A DNA stretch of 64,000 nt, taken from Mobula hypostoma (taxonomy: Eukaryota). The stretch is from contig NC_086106.1 in the NCBI RefSeq assembly GCF_963921235.1, positions 23,126,001 through 23,190,000 of the forward strand, read 5' to 3'. Shown here piece after piece: positions 35,900-49,636 of this stretch (position 1 is the stretch's first letter; each line of letters opens with the position of its first letter). The position numbers were made by a program, and so were the translations under genes. A model generated the notes under the pieces. It searched no databases. It was not told the DNA's origin and saw only the letters and a program-made list of their open reading frames with translations.

Positions 35900-36420
35900 G
35901 AATCAGTGCTTTCCCGGCGTATATGCCGAATATATTTTCTTCGGGCTTCCAAACCGTTCCAGGTATAGATTTCTTGCAACGTTTCGAGGCCAAACACGAC
36001 ATCTTCGAAAGCAATGATGCCTCGGCATTTCTAATCACGTGGTATATATTCCCGTCTCGTCCGTGCTTCCTCTTGGGTTAGTCCTCATACAATCGGACTT
36101 CCGGTGTCCACCATGTTTATAACTTCATTTCAGTTCTTATTTAAAGGGAGATATTTGTGTTTGACAAAAATAATTATCTCTAGTTTTATTTTAATGGCTT
36201 CCTTCAGCACACTGTTCCAATGCCACTGGCGACACAAAATAATTTTGCGCCTTCCAAATCAATCCGATGGCCATTCTGAATGCAATGTTTTGCTTCCGCT
36301 GATTTCTCCTGAGTACCTGAACGAATACACCACTTTGTGAATGTTTGTTTTACTTTCTCGTGTATTTCAGAAATTGTGAATTTGCACAATTTTGACTTGC
36401 CAAATGCTTAGATTGAAAGC
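35900..36420 (-). mobile_element. Penelope-like element 3' remnant (GIY-YIG end and terminal repeat)
   Basis: IRSGTQEKSAEAKHCIQNGHRIDL..KEAI resembles the Penelope GIY-YIG C-terminus. Decayed hammerhead-like ..GAAGA..GAAACGTT at 36014-35974. Confidence 0.65.
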
Positions 36421-37353
36421 TGAGGAATTGTTGACATGACTGGCTTGGCGTTTCCACCATTTTTTATTTAGCGAAATCGAGGTGTGACAATCATGAACTG
36501 ATCAAGAAACTATTTGCAAATGTGCAAATTATAGAGACATTTCAGCATTTTACACTAAAATGATATGTCATTTGACGTTTATATGATGTAAAAATGCGCT
36601 GGGTAAGTCAGGCCGGCCGTGAAGGAGCATAAACGCCTGCTGAAACTATTCTGTCTCCAGTTCAGCATCCTAATTTTGTTTCTTTTCAAAAATAATGTAA
36701 CGTAATTTCAAGGAATGCACGATTTAAGTTGAACTACTCTAATAAAGACAAATAGATGACGCTGTTTAAGATGAAGACAGGCTCAGGATGAGGGATTATT
36801 TCTAGAGTTAAACCTGGGCTACATAAATCCCGTTGAATTTACAAGCCTGCAGACTAACATCCTTATTTTGAATACTGATATTTGGTCAAGATTACTCGAA
36901 CTGAAACTGTCATGGTCTGGTCCATGAAGTCTGTGTTCCGGTTCACGATCCGGGCCATGGTTCCTTGTTCTGGGGTTTCTGGTTTTCCCCACTTTCTGTT
37001 GTGGGCACAGGTTTCTCGTTTCGGGGCTGAAACATAAATACCTCTGCAAATCAGGGCTTCCCTGCCGGATTGTTCTGTTCCCTCCTTATCTCCTACCCCC
37101 CTTGTCTGACTCTCTGCCTGCTCACCTAGCTTGGATACCCAGCCTGTATCACTGAAGTCTTACCGCCGGAGCAAGACCGGAGAGTTGTTGGACAAGATAA
37201 GGATCTGTCTTTCGTTGTGTGCAATTGTCTCTCTGTGTCTACCCCTCGGCTAGGTGGGTCCGGCCGTTTGCCGCTACCTAGTGTTGGGATCTTTCTCTGT
37301 GTCCTCGCCTTCGCTAGCTGGTTCCGGCTGTTTTGCCGCCACCATATGTTGGG

Positions 37354-37633
37354 AACACAAAATACTCTGCAGATGCACGTTGGAGGAACTCAGTAGGTTG
37401 GGCGGCATCCGTGGAAAAGATCGGTCGACGTTTCGAGCTGGAACCCTTCGTCAGGACTGTAGAGGGAAGGGGCAGAGGGCCTATCTCTCGAGGCTTGGGT
37501 TTGATAGGGCCGCTGCCCCTTCTCTCTACAGTCTTTACGAAGGGTTCCGGGCCGAGACGTCGACCGATCTTTTCCACGGATTCTGCCCGATCTGCTAAGT
37601 TCCTCCAGCGTGTTGTGAGTGTTAGTATGTGTT
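37354..37633. mobile_element. Foldback element built from two inverted Penelope-type terminal repeats, inserted in the solo LTR
   Basis: Arms of about 110 bp in inverted orientation around a short spacer; ends aacacaaaatact...agtatgtgtt. Confidence 0.8.
37421..37460 (-). ncRNA. Minimal type I hammerhead ribozyme motif with intact core
   Basis: Minus strand ACAGUC CUGACGA AGGGUUCCAGCUC GAAA C GUC / GACCGA. Core, stem II and palindromic ACGU stem III are present; stem I is only partly paired. Confidence 0.6.
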
Positions 37634-40288
37634 GAGATCTGTCTCGTCAAGTTCGGTGTTCTGTGTATGAGTCCTGGCCCCACCTCCTGTTCCCAAGGAG
37701 GGGTTCCGGCTCGGTGTTATGTCTCTAAGTCCCGGCCCTTAGCCCTGTACCCTAGGAGGGGCCCCGGCTCTATGTTCTATGCTCCTCTTTGATATAGTCT
37801 AAGGTTCCGTGCTCCTGAAGGACTTAGTCCAATCAGTGCCCAATACCGTCCTATCCGAGTCCTGTCCATGTGCCTTTACCTGTCCTTGTGTTTCGCCTTA
37901 CCTAGAAGTTCCTCACTCAAGCCAATCCAGTCCTGTAACCCCGTCTTATTCTCGCTTAGCTCTGGAGTCCAAGCCCGAGTCAAGTCCCATGTTCTGGGTC
38001 CTTGCCCAACCTTTGGTTCGGAGCCCATGCCCAAACCAGCCTGCAGGCCTCAAGACCAAGACCTCAAGCCTGCATGCAGGCCTCCAGCCTCAAGACACCA
38101 ATCCAGCCTGCAGGCTTCAAGCCTCATGACACCAAGTCCACCTGCAAGCCTCAAGCGTCAAGACCCCAAGTCTGCCTGCGGATTGAAGCCTCCAGACCCG
38201 AAGCCTGGCTGCAAACCTCAAGCCTCAAGAACAGAAACCTCCAGGATCCCAAGCCAAGCTCCAAGAACCCAAGCCTCGAGGATCCCAAGCCAAGTTTCAA
38301 GACCCCAAGCCTCCAAGATCTCAAGCCAAGCTCCATGAATCTCAAGGATCCCAAGCCTGAAGTCCCCAGCCTCCATGCCTCTAGAGCAAGACCACAGCCT
38401 CCATGCCTTCAGACCAAGACCCCAGCCACTATGCCTCAGCCTCTAGACCCCAGCCACGTCCTGTCCTGAAGCCATGTCATGTGCTTGCCTGTTCGGGGTC
38501 CAAGCCCAAGGAAAGACCCAGGTTCTGGGTCTTTGTCCAGTCTCGTGCTCGGAGTCGAAGCCTTGTCTCCTAGTCCATGGTTTTTAGGTTCGGTCCCGCT
38601 TTCCCTAGCTCAAGTTTGTGTTCTTGTCCCTGCTCCTTGCCTGTATCCTGTCACGTCCCTACTGTAGTCAAGTCCTGTTCCGTGGACTTTAGTGTCTGTG
38701 TCTTGCATTTGGGGCCGTTTCCAGCCCCCGCATTCTGACAGAAACATTGAATAGGTGTCCTCCTCTGAAAGTTTGCGTCCCGACCTCATGATGAAGGAAA
38801 ATAGTCTGGGTTTCATGAAGGTTTTTTTGTTTGTTTGTTTCTTGCTGGTTTACAGGTTTATTTTTGTCTGTTGCTACATCAGAGTAATTGTGTTGATTAA
38901 CATAATTATACCAATGTGCGCATGGTTGAATGGGGTAAGTTCTTAAATATTTGGCATTAGATTTCATATAAGTTTATTTAAAAATGTCCTTCGAAGGTCT
39001 TCGTGTCAAATCCGCATGCTGAAAGGACATATTATTGGACACTCGACAGTTAAAATACGTTTCTATGCACATAATGACGCACTCTGCCGAACATGCGGTG
39101 GACGAATAAGGGTTTACAGGAAAGATAATTTACTATTCGGGTATCAAAAAGAAGCACGCGGACAAAATGCTGCTCCACATACTGAAACGGCAGCAGCTGA
39201 CAGAAATGGTGGTTAACGTACACAGGGTGAAACAGCAATCAGCTTCAGAATCCCTCTGCATCGGCACATGTCCTACTGCCTCTTTTAAACCACTGCGTGT
39301 AACATACAAGATATGACGGAAAGGTTTCACTATAATAAAGTCGTCTGGTGATGTTGAAGGATTTAAATGTGTTTTTTCAGAATTTCTTCAGTGGAGATTG
39401 GGAACGGACGATTCTTATTGAAACACATTTATACGCACGATTTTTTGTTTGTCTCTGTTTTCTTCTTGCGGCAGAGGCGCTATCTCATGAGCACATGTCA
39501 CTGGTTGCATTCCTTTTCCTTGTACAATGTTGTTTTAGGGCATGGACAAGCACGTTCTAGGTAGATATGAACTTTTGTAGATCATTAGTTGAGTGCCTAT
39601 CGCAGATTACAAATATGCTAAGTAAAGTTAATTGGCCCCGCATACCCGTTAACCGCACTTCGTCCGAAATTCGCAGGTACTGCAGAAAGGCCTGGCGATA
39701 ACAGTCTTCTTGTGTCGTTTTCCTCCTTTCTGGATTTAATTATAAACTACTAAGCGACAATCCTCTCAATTTTCTGTTGTTTCCTGCGCTTGGTTGTTGT
39801 TTTGTCTTCAGAATGTTCTCAAATGCTTCAGTGGAAAATAAAGTAAAAATAACAGTAGCGTTAAACAACTACATTAAACAACGCTGCAAAAAATATCCTT
39901 ACTATTTTGTTCTTTCTCTCTTTGTGGTACCGACCTAGAGTCCGTTGATCTCTTTTCAGAGAGATATATCTCCTTATCACAGATTGAAATCCGGAGACAT
40001 TGCACTTCTGAGCTGACGGAACGATACAATGAACAAAAAAACTGTCTATGATCCACCAAAATGTGTTTAGTGGCCTGCGGGTATTTTAAATATTTTTCTA
40101 TTCTGTCGTTTAAAAAAAAACAATGATTATATGGAATTAGCTCTTGTGTTACGAAAACAATATTTATAATTGCATCTGACTGTTTTTGGATATAAGCTAC
40201 TTCAGCAATCACCACATCTTTAAAGGTTTTCACCATAAACTCGCCAGCAGAGGTTTCCTGTAAAGTCACTGCAAATAGCTAACGGTAC

Positions 40289-40372
40289 TAGGCAGAAAAT
40301 GGTTCGGCACAGCCAAGAAGGGCCAAAAGGCCTGTTTCTGTGCTGTAGTTTCTATGGTTCTGTGGTTCTATT
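40289..40372 (+). mobile_element. Extremely 5'-truncated CR1 3' tail
   Basis: aggcagaaaatggttcggcacagccaagaagggccaaaaggcc...ctatggtt, nearly identical to 47780-47866. Confidence 0.85.
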
Positions 40373-40869
40373 GTATGGTTATTAAATTAGTTTCCAACCA
40401 TCCGGACCTATGATATGATAGGGTGTCTCTTTGAAACTGTAAGTGGAAAAGTGCACGAAATTGACATGGAACAAACCTCTCTTCATATTCTATTCCTTTT
40501 GCAAGAGATATTTCTGGCTATAGACATTTACATAATTATATTCATGTTTCCAAACAGTAGCCACAATAGATTTGTTGAAATCGAATACATAGGCAAAAGA
40601 TCTATAAGGGTAAAACGAACACTTTTGAAAGGTATTTGCAAACCGCCGAATAGTAGACAAAATATCGCGTCCAAATGACAGCCGGGAATAGAAATAAATA
40701 TAAAAGGACGATGTTATATGTCACGTGTGATTTCAAAATTCCTGTAGATTGGACAGAATAAGGCTGGTGCTTTATCACAAAACATGGAGCCAATGAGATT
40801 GAAATTTTAGATCAGATTCTAGTCGATCGGGTGCTCTGATTCGAAATACATTTGATTAGAGTATCTATA

Positions 40870-43800
40870 GTCAAGTGGAGAGCAGCCAGAGACTGAGTGG
40901 AGCTTTGAGGTATTGGCTGGAGATGTTTTGGCAGTTGGATTGTGCGATCAAGTCAATCAGGACTTCAATAGCTCAGACTCAGCAGAAAGCAACTGATTGG
41001 GCAATCGAATATTGAAAAGCTCAAACAAATGGAGGGAGGAGAAGATAGCAGCGCGCCACGCGCGTGCAGCTCTTCGGTCAAAATGATATCGTCTCTGTTT
41101 AATAGCGGCCCTGGACAATTCTGATTTGGTGGAGACAGAGTGAAAGCACAGAGGAACATCTGGAGAAATGTCTGAAACGCCCGTTCGCTGCTGTTGTTAC
41201 TGCACGATCTAGAATCTCCGGAGATATATGCCCCAAAATCCTTAGATTTCCCTGCTCCTAGCGAGCGAGATTGAGGTCGAATCGTTCGGATAGAGATGAT
41301 GCTCGGTACTCAATGTCGGGGGCTGATCAGAGGCTCGGCGTTTTCGGATGACTCAGAATCGGACTGTGGTCGGGCATGGCAGGGAGAGTTTTCTTCCTTC
41401 TCCCGTCTGCGTGAGATGTGTGACATTCGAGAGTCTTTGAACTTTTACTGACCATGGTCTGTTCTTCATCAAGTTATTGTATTCTTGCACTGTTGTAACT
41501 ATATGTTATAATTCTGAGGTCTTGTTAGATTTTTTTCAGTCTTGGTTTGTCCTGCGTTTCGTGGAGGAATAATGTATCACACTGGAGGAATAATGCATCA
41601 TTTCTATGTGCATGCATTACTAAATGACATTAAAAAGAGGACTACGTGTCCTCATAATCTAGTATAATCTAAACATAAAAAAAGGGGTAGCTCAAGCGAG
41701 GAAGTGGGGCCAGTGAAGGGGTGGAGGTTTGAGGCTTTGGTTGGAGAGGGTTCTGCAAAAAGAAGCAGATGACGACCTTGCTCCCAGTGAGGTAAGGCCG
41801 GATTGGTTTCTTTATTAATTTAATAAAATTAGGTGTATAATGGAGGCAGTAAATAGGGCAGTCCAATTCTCCGATTTTAGGATGTGGCAAGTCAGGCACA
41901 GCACAAATGTCTCAGATGTCTGCACCTGCAAAAGCTGCATCGAGCTGCAGATCCAGTCAAACCGAGTTTGGAAACTGGACTGGAGCTGGATAAACTTCGG
42001 ATCATTCGGCAGGCAGAGGCTGTAATAGACCGGAGTGTCAGGGAAACAGTCACCCCTAAACGTCAAGAGACAGGTAACTGGGTGACAGTCAGCAGAGGGA
42101 AGGGGAATAGACAGAAAGAGCAGAGCACCCCTGTGGCCGTTCCCATCAACAATAAGTATACTCTTTTGTATACTGTTGGAGGGGACGACCTACCAGGCAC
42201 AAGTTGTAGTTGTTGTGGTCGAGTCTCTGACACCGGGACTGGACCCTCCACTCAACAAAGAAGGAGGGAAAAGCCGGGAGTACCTCTGATAGGGGATTCG
42301 ATAGTTAGGGGGACAGATATGAGGTTCTGTGCGAGGAATATGTTGTCTGCCTGGTGCTAGGGTCAGCGATATCTCGGATCCAGTTCTCGGTACTTTAAGG
42401 AGAGAGGGTGAGCAGCCGGATGTCGTGGTCCAGGTGGGGACCAATAACATAGATAGCAGTCGGGATTAGGTCTTGAGGAATGTATATAAGGAGTTAAGAA
42501 AGAACTTAAAAAGCAGGACCTCAAAGGTGGCATTCTTGGGATTTTTGCTAGTGCCACGAGACAGAAAGGGTAATAACGGGACGTTATGGCAGATGAATAG
42601 TGGCTGAAGAGTAGGTGCAGGGGGCAGATGTTCCGATTTCTAAATCTTTTAGATCTCTTCCCGTGAAGGTCTGATGTATAAAAAGGACGTGCTGCGCCTG
42701 AACTGGAAAGGGACCAATACGCTGGTGGACACATTTGCTAGAACTGTCGTTTGGGGTATTAAGTAGTTCGGCGGGGGTGGGGGTGGGAGGTTGGGAATCA
42801 GAATGTGAGCGCAGAGATCAGGGTAGAAGGACAAGAGTATGATACTATGCGTTCTGAGCTGGTGAGGAAGGACAGGCAGGGAACACAACTTAAATATAGC
42901 CAGTTAGAGGGGTTCGAATGTGTCTATTTCAACGCCAGGAGTATCAGGAATAAAGGGGATGAAGTTAGAGCATGGATCATGAGAATTATAGGGGAGCTAG
43001 GAAGGAGCTTGAGAAAGGATTTAGCAGAGCTCGAAGGGGGCATCAGAAGGCCTCGGCATGTATGATTAAGGAGTACCCCAAGGCGTTCCATGCGTATGTG
43101 AAGGACAGACAGATGGCAAGAATGAGGTTGGGACCGCTAAATGATAACGAAGGCGACATGTACCTGGAGGCGAAGGAGGTTGGGGAGGTTCTCAGTGAAT
43201 AATTTGCTTCAGTATTCACAAGAAAAAAAAAATCTTAATCAGGGTGAGGACGAAATAGAACAGGCCTGTGTGTTGGACAATGTGGAGATTAAGGAAGAAG
43301 AAGTGTTGTATCTTCATAAAAACAGCAATATTGATCAGTCTCCAAGGCCAGACATGATATACCAGAGGTTGCTGTGGGAAGTGAGCGAAGAGATAGCTGG
43401 AGCAGTAGGTATGATCTTTGCATCCTCTTTGGCTGCAGGCGGATGGAAGAATGGCAAATGCCGTCACCTAGTTTATGAAAGGTAATAGGGAGAATCCTAG
43501 GAATTATAGACCGGTGAGTCTTACGTCAGTGTTCTGCAGACTATTGGAAATTATTCTTAAGGATAGGATCTACAAGCATTTGGAGAAGTACAGTCTGCTC
43601 ACAGATAGTCAGCATGGCTCTGTGATGGAAGGTTGTGTCTTACGCACTTAATTGAATTTTTTGAGGAGATAACAAAATAAATTGATGAGGGCAGAACGAT
43701 AGATGTGGTCTACATGGAATTTAGCAAGGCATTTGACAAGGTCCCCCAGGAGATACTCATCCACAAAATGAGGAGGCATAGGATCAGTGGAACCTTGGCT

Positions 43801-44895
43801 GTATGGATAAAAAAAAAGTCATTCAGGAAGGAAGCGGAGGGTAGTAGTGAAAGGAAAGTATTCTGCCTGCATGTCAGTGACTAGCGGAGTGCAGCAATGA
43901 TCTGTCTTGTCACCCCTGCTCTTTGTGATTTTCGAAATGACCTGGATGACAAGGCGAAAGGCTGTGTGAGTAACTTTCCGGACGACACGATTATTGCAGG
44001 AATTGTGGATAAAGCTGTTGGATGTGGAAGGTTACAAGAGGAGTTAGACAAGATGCAGAGTTGGGCAGAAAAGTGGCAGATGGCGTTCCATCCGGATAAG
44101 TCTGAGTTGATGCATTTTCGAAGGTAAAACCATAATGCTGAGCACAGTGTAAATGGTTGGTTACTTAAGAGTGTGGATGAACAGAGGGATCTTTGGGTTC
44201 AAATCCATACATCCCTCAAGATCGCTGCTCAGGTTGACAGGATAGTTAAGAATGCCTGTGGGCTGCTGGGCTTCATTAATAGGAAGATTGTGTTCAAGAG
44301 TAGAGAGGCCATGCTGCAACTCTACAAATCTCTGGAGAGACCACACTTGCAGGAAGAAAGTGTGTTCAGTACTCATCACCTCATTATAGGAAGGATGTGG
44401 AAACTATGGAGAGGGTGCAGAGGAGATTTAACAGGATGTTGCCTGGATTGGGAAACAAGTCGTATGAGCAAGGTTAGCAGAGCTGGGACTTTTCCCTTTG
44501 GAGTTTAGAAGGATGAGAGGAGACTTGATAGAGGTCTATAAGATTATATGAGGGAGAGAGATTGGATGGATAGCCAGTGCCTGTTTCGGAGGGCACGAAT
44601 AGCAGGCACTGAATGGCATATGCACAAAGTTAAGGAAGGGAAATTTATGGGAGACATCAGGGGTATTTTTTTTAACACAGAGGAATCTGGGTCCCTGGAC
44701 TGACTTGCCAGGGATGGTGTTGGAGGGTAAAACATCAGGTCTATTTAAGAGCCTCTGCGACAGGCACATGGATGAAAAACGATAGAGTGTTACGGAGTAG
44801 AGTGGGTTTCGTACCTTTTATTTTAAATATAAAAATATATGGGTCGGCAAAAATCGAGGGCCGAAGAGCCTGTACTGGGTTGTCGTGTTCTAGTT
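40870..44895 (+). mobile_element. Near full-length CR1 LINE (5' UTR, ORF1 zinc finger and esterase, ORF2 lacking most of the endonuclease)
   Basis: MEAVNRAVQFSDFRMWQV..CTCKSCI (ORF1 N-terminus), LIGDSIVRG (esterase), YFNARSIRNKGDE followed by a jump to the tether region, RT remnants, and the 3' gggccgaagagcctgt end. Confidence 0.85.
41035..41675 (+). mobile_element. Second copy of the about 610-bp non-coding retroposon
   Basis: Colinear with 17165-17776; tail ataatctagtataatct. Confidence 0.8.
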
Positions 44896-45439
44896 TACAA
44901 GTCTTCTCGTGAAACGTAGCAGTCAGTAATCGTATTCAGTTTGGAGCAAAGTCAAGGTTGCAGTAAAAAGAGAGCCCTTTGCTTGTGACTCCGAACCAGC
45001 TCTATTTTGTTTTTTGACATCTTTTTTCTCTCCCCCCCCCCCCCCTTCTTTTTGAAGTTTCTTTTGAAGACCCTGAACTGGAGTTACAATCTGATCTCTG
45101 TTCTTCTGCGGGAATGGGATCAGCTATCAGGACCTCACAAACGACAGTTTTTTTTTTTATTCCGAGGACGTTGCATGAAAGACTTGCGCACATTCAGGTG
45201 GCCCGATAAGCGTGGCTGAGGGACTAATTCAAGGCCTGTGCCCTAGATTGCTGAGACAGCGGGGAAAAGAACGTACGTATTTCTGAACGCGCAGAAGAGA
45301 GCATAGTAGACATAACAAAGAGTCCTGGAAAGCTAAAATCTCTGGTTAGACAATTCAATTGGTTCAGATGCACAACACGTGAACGTTGAGATGGCAGCAT
45401 TAGGCTGTGGAGGCGGCGTTTCTGTTTGAGAAAGGAGTC

Positions 45440-47866
45440 TAGATGGTTTAGAGTTTGTAAAATGTGTTCAGGAATGTTTTCTAAATCAGTATATAGAGGG
45501 ACCAACTGGAGGGGATGCAATATTGGATCTCCTCTTAGGAAACGAATTAGGGCAAGTGACGGAAGTCTGTGTAGGGGAGCACTTTGGTTCCAGTAATCAT
45601 CCGCCATTAGTTTCATTTTGATCATGGACAAGGATAGATCTGGTCCTAGGGTTGAAGTTCTGAACTGGAAGAAGGCCGAATTTGAAGAAATGAGAAAGGA
45701 TCTAAAAAGCGTGGACTGGGACAGGTTGTTCTCTGGCAAAGATGTGATTGGTAGGTGGGAAGCCTTCAAAGAGGAAATTTTGAGAGTGCAGAGTTTGTAT
45801 GTTCCTGGCAGGATTAAAGGCAAGTTGAATAGGAATAAGGAACCTTGGTTCTCTTGGGATATTGCAACTCTGATAAAGAAGAAGAGGGAGTTGTATGAAA
45901 TGTATAGGAAACAGGGGGTAAATCAGGTGCTTGAGGAGTATAAGAAGTGCAAGAAAATATTTAAGAAAGAAATCAGGAGAGCAAAAATAAAACATGAGGT
46001 TGCCTTGGCAGTCAAATTGAAGGATAATCCAAAGAGCTTTTAAAAGTATATTAAGAGCGAAAGGATTTTAAGGGATAAACTTGGTCCTCTTGAAGATCAG
46101 AGTGCTCGGCTTTGTGCGGAACCAAAGGAAATTGGGGAGATTTTAAATAGGTTTTTTGCGTCTGTATTTACTAAGGAAGCTGGCATGAAATCTATGGAAT
46201 TGACGGAATCAAGTAGTGAGACCATGGCAACTGTACAGATTGAAAAGGAGGAGGTACTTGCCGTCTTGAGGAAAATTAAAGTGGATAAATCCCCGGGACC
46301 TGACAGGGTGTTCCCTCGGACCTTGACGGAGACTAGTGTTGAAATTGCGGGGGCCCTGGCAGAAATATTTAAAATGTCGCTGTCTACGGGTGAAGTGCCG
46401 GAGGATTGGAGAGTGGCTTATGTTGTTCCGTTGTTTAAAAAAAGGATCGAAAAGTAATCCGGGAAATTATATGCCGGTGAGTTTAACGTCAGTTGTAGGT
46501 AAATTATTGGAGGGAGTACTAACAGACAGGATCTACAAGCATTTGGATAGATAGGGGCTTATTAGGGAGAGTCAACATGGCTTTGCGCATCGTAGGTCAT
46601 GTTCGAACAATCTATTGGAATTTTTCGAGGAGGTTACCAGGAAAGTGGATGAAGAGAAGGCAGTGGATATTGTCTACATGGACTTCAGTAAGGCCTTTGA
46701 CAAGGTCCCGCATGGGAGGTTAGTTAGGAAAATTCAGTCGCTAGGTATACATGGAGAGGTGGTAAATTGGATTGGACATTGGCTCGATGGAAGAAGCCAG
46801 AGAGTGGTGGTAGAAAACTGCTTCTCTGAGTGGAGGCCTGTGACTAGTGGTGTGCCACAGGAATCAGTGCTGGGTCCATTGTTATGTGCCATCTATATCA
46901 ATGATCTGAATGATAATGTGGTAAATTGGATCAGCAAGTTTGCTGATGATACAAAGATTGGAGGTGTAGTAGACAGTGAGGAAGGTTTTCAGATCCTGCA
47001 GAGGGATTTGGACCATCTGGATAAATGGGCTGAAAGATGGCAAATGGAGTTTAATGCTGACAAGTGTGAGGTGTTGCACGCTGGAAGGACAAACTAACGT
47101 AGAACATACAGGGTTAATGGTAAGGCACCGAGGAGTGCAGTGGAACAGAGTGATCTGGGAATACAGATGCAAAATTCCCTAAAGGTGTCGTCACAGGTAG
47201 ATAGGGTTGTAAAGAGAGAGTTTGGTACATTGGCCTTTATTAATCGTAGTATTGAGTATAAGAGCTGGAACGTTTTGATGAGGTTGTATAAGGCATTGGT
47301 GAGGCAGAATCTGGAGTATTGAGTTCAGTTTTGGTCACCAAATTACAGGAAGGATATAAATAAGGTTGAAAGAGTGCAGAGAAGGTTTACAATGATGTTG
47401 TTGGGACTTGAGAAACTCCATTACAGAGCAAGGTTGAATAGGTTAGGCCTTTATTCCCTGGAGCGTGGAAGATTGAGGGGAGATATAATAGAGGTATATA
47501 AAATTATGATGGGTATAGATAGAGTGAATGCAAGCAGACTTTTTCCACTGAGGCACGGGGAGAAAAAAAAACAGAGGACATGGGTTAAGGGTGAGGGGGG
47601 GAAAGTTTAAAGGGAACATTAGTGGGGGCCTCTTCACACAGATAGTGGTGGGAGTATGGAATGTGCTGCCAGACGAGGTGGTAAATGCGGGTTCTTTTTT
47701 TAAAATTTAAGAATAAATTGGACAGATACATGGAAGGGAGGTGTATGGAGGGATATGGTCCGTGTGCAGGTCAGTGGGACTAGGCAAAAAATGGTTCGGC
47801 ACAGCCAAGAAGGGCCAAAGGGCCTGTTTCTGTGCTCTAGTTTCCATGGTTCTATGGTTCTATGGT
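45440..47866 (+). mobile_element. 5'-truncated CR1 LINE with (CTATGGTT)n tail
   Basis: KSPGPDRVFPR, GNYMPVSLTSVVGK, VYMDFSKAFDKVPH, WISKFADDTK; tail ccatggttctatggttctatggt. Confidence 0.93.
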
Positions 47867-48653
47867 AAGGAATTTCTGAGAGGCATTCTGAAAAAAAAAA
47901 AGAAGCATCTGTGTGTTTGGGGGTTCGTAATAAATTAGGCTGAGGCGATTACGGATTACTTGAGGGTACATATTGTCCAACAAAATAGGCTGGAAATAAT
48001 TGAGAACTTTGCAGGCAGGATTGGTTTATGAGAGTTTGCAAATGACGTTAAGGCAAAAACGTTTTGGAAGTCTGTTGACAAGTGCTGAATATTCGCTGCT
48101 GAACAAAAGCTCATTGCTATTACACGAAATGATAGAAGCACCAAAAGGGTCATAATATGTAGGAGGCAAGCATTGGAAATAAATGGATATTTCTGTCGGG
48201 CTGCTAGTGAGTACGGTTGTTTACCGGTGCCGGTTTTCTGACCGCTTCATTCCTTGCTGTATGTCAATGATCTGAGAGACCTAGTTGACTCTCTCTCAAC
48301 AATCCTGCAGACGATACCAAAAATAAGTTGAGGGCTGGTTAGTGTTGATGATTCGGAGAGAGTGTGCAATTCCGACAAAAAGCACACAGAATGCAGTTAG
48401 AATGCAGTGCAGGAAGATCTATGTACATGTACATTGGTAAAGGGAATAAAGGAGCATTTTGTGTTCTCAACCGGTTAAAATTTAGAAACCAGAGATACAA
48501 AGCGACTTGGGAGCCCGGGTTCACGATTCCCAAAACAATAACCTGCAAGTTTAGTCTCTAATAATTAAAGCAAATGCAACATTACTATTTATTCCGAGAG
48601 GACAAACATATCCATCTATCTATCTATATAAATAATTAATTAAATAAATAAAT

Positions 48654-48657
<4 letters not shown>

Positions 48658-48703
<46 letters not shown>
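48658..48703. repeat. (GT)23 microsatellite
   Basis: Directly visible. Confidence 0.95.
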
Positions 48704-48705
<2 letters not shown>

Positions 48706-49597
48706 ATAGATACATAGATACATTGATAAATAGATCGATATATACGCAACGGTTTAATATTTTAGGCTCGCATTAGCAAATTTCGAGTGCAATGAGCAAT
48801 TCTGTTCAGCTCATTAGGCAAAATGTTTTTTGGGCTTTGGAAGGTCTCCACGAACGTTCCCCGGAAATAGAACATTAACGAGTGAGAAGCATCTCATCGT
48901 TCTGGTTCTGTACTCCCTGGAGTTTAGGACAATATGAGAGCAGAGAGGGAACACTTTGAATCTATTGCAATAATAAAAAGTACAGATAGAATTGAACGTC
49001 GGAGGGTGTTTCCTGCACTGGGATAGTCTACGAACAGAACACAGATTCAGCCTATCAATACGTGCCAAAGGAACGGAGATAACGGGAAATATTTTGAGAC
49101 AGAGGGTAGCTGAAATACGCGAATTCAGAAACAATTGTGGAGTTCAAGATGCTATATATATTTAACTTCGTTGATAAGATCTTGATTATCACGTACATCA
49201 ATGATTACATGGAAAATACATTGGAATTACATTGAGGGGCAATGAAACAGACATGACCGAATAATTGAGCAGTCTTGCTGTTGGACTGCCATAAATCTGC
49301 TATTATGTCTTAGGGTCCGACTAATGTTATATGTGTTACTCCATTGATGATCGACGATATGAAATACTATCTCACCCTCGTTCGATATGATTAGTGTTTG
49401 AATGCAAGTAAAGGGACAGTTAAGTTTCAATGCAATCAGAGTTCTGCGCCACAGTTAATAAGCACTTTTCTAAATAAGGTCTCAATTGAAGATCGAAAGC
49501 AGAAGGTCAATAAATATAAGACCTTTCTATATTTCATTTTCACGTTCCTTTTGATTAGTTCGCCATCTAGCGAAACCTCACTGCATTAGCAGTTATA

Positions 49598-49636
49598 GAT
49601 TTTTGTCTAGGTTCACAATGGTGCTGCAACACTATG
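49598..49636 (-). other. 23-spacer recombination signal sequence with variant heptamer
   Basis: Minus strand CATAGTG (49636-49630), 23 nt spacer TTGCAGCACCATTGTGAACCTAG, then ACAAAAATC (49606-49598), abutting the V coding end. Confidence 0.9.

Larger units (their letters stand above)
36908..38740 (+). mobile_element. Solo LTR, related subfamily of the miniature-LTR family (1833 bp including insert)
   Basis: tgtcatggtc...ttctgaca with perfect 5-bp TSD GAAAC (36903-36907 and 38741-38745). Shared terminal modules; its own CAAGCCTC-type repeats at about 38030-38460. Confidence 0.9.

Noticed and set aside
44143-44180. Other CACAGTG heptamers (also near 17929 and 62786)
   Set aside because: No nonamer at 12 or 23 spacing; all lie inside retroelements.
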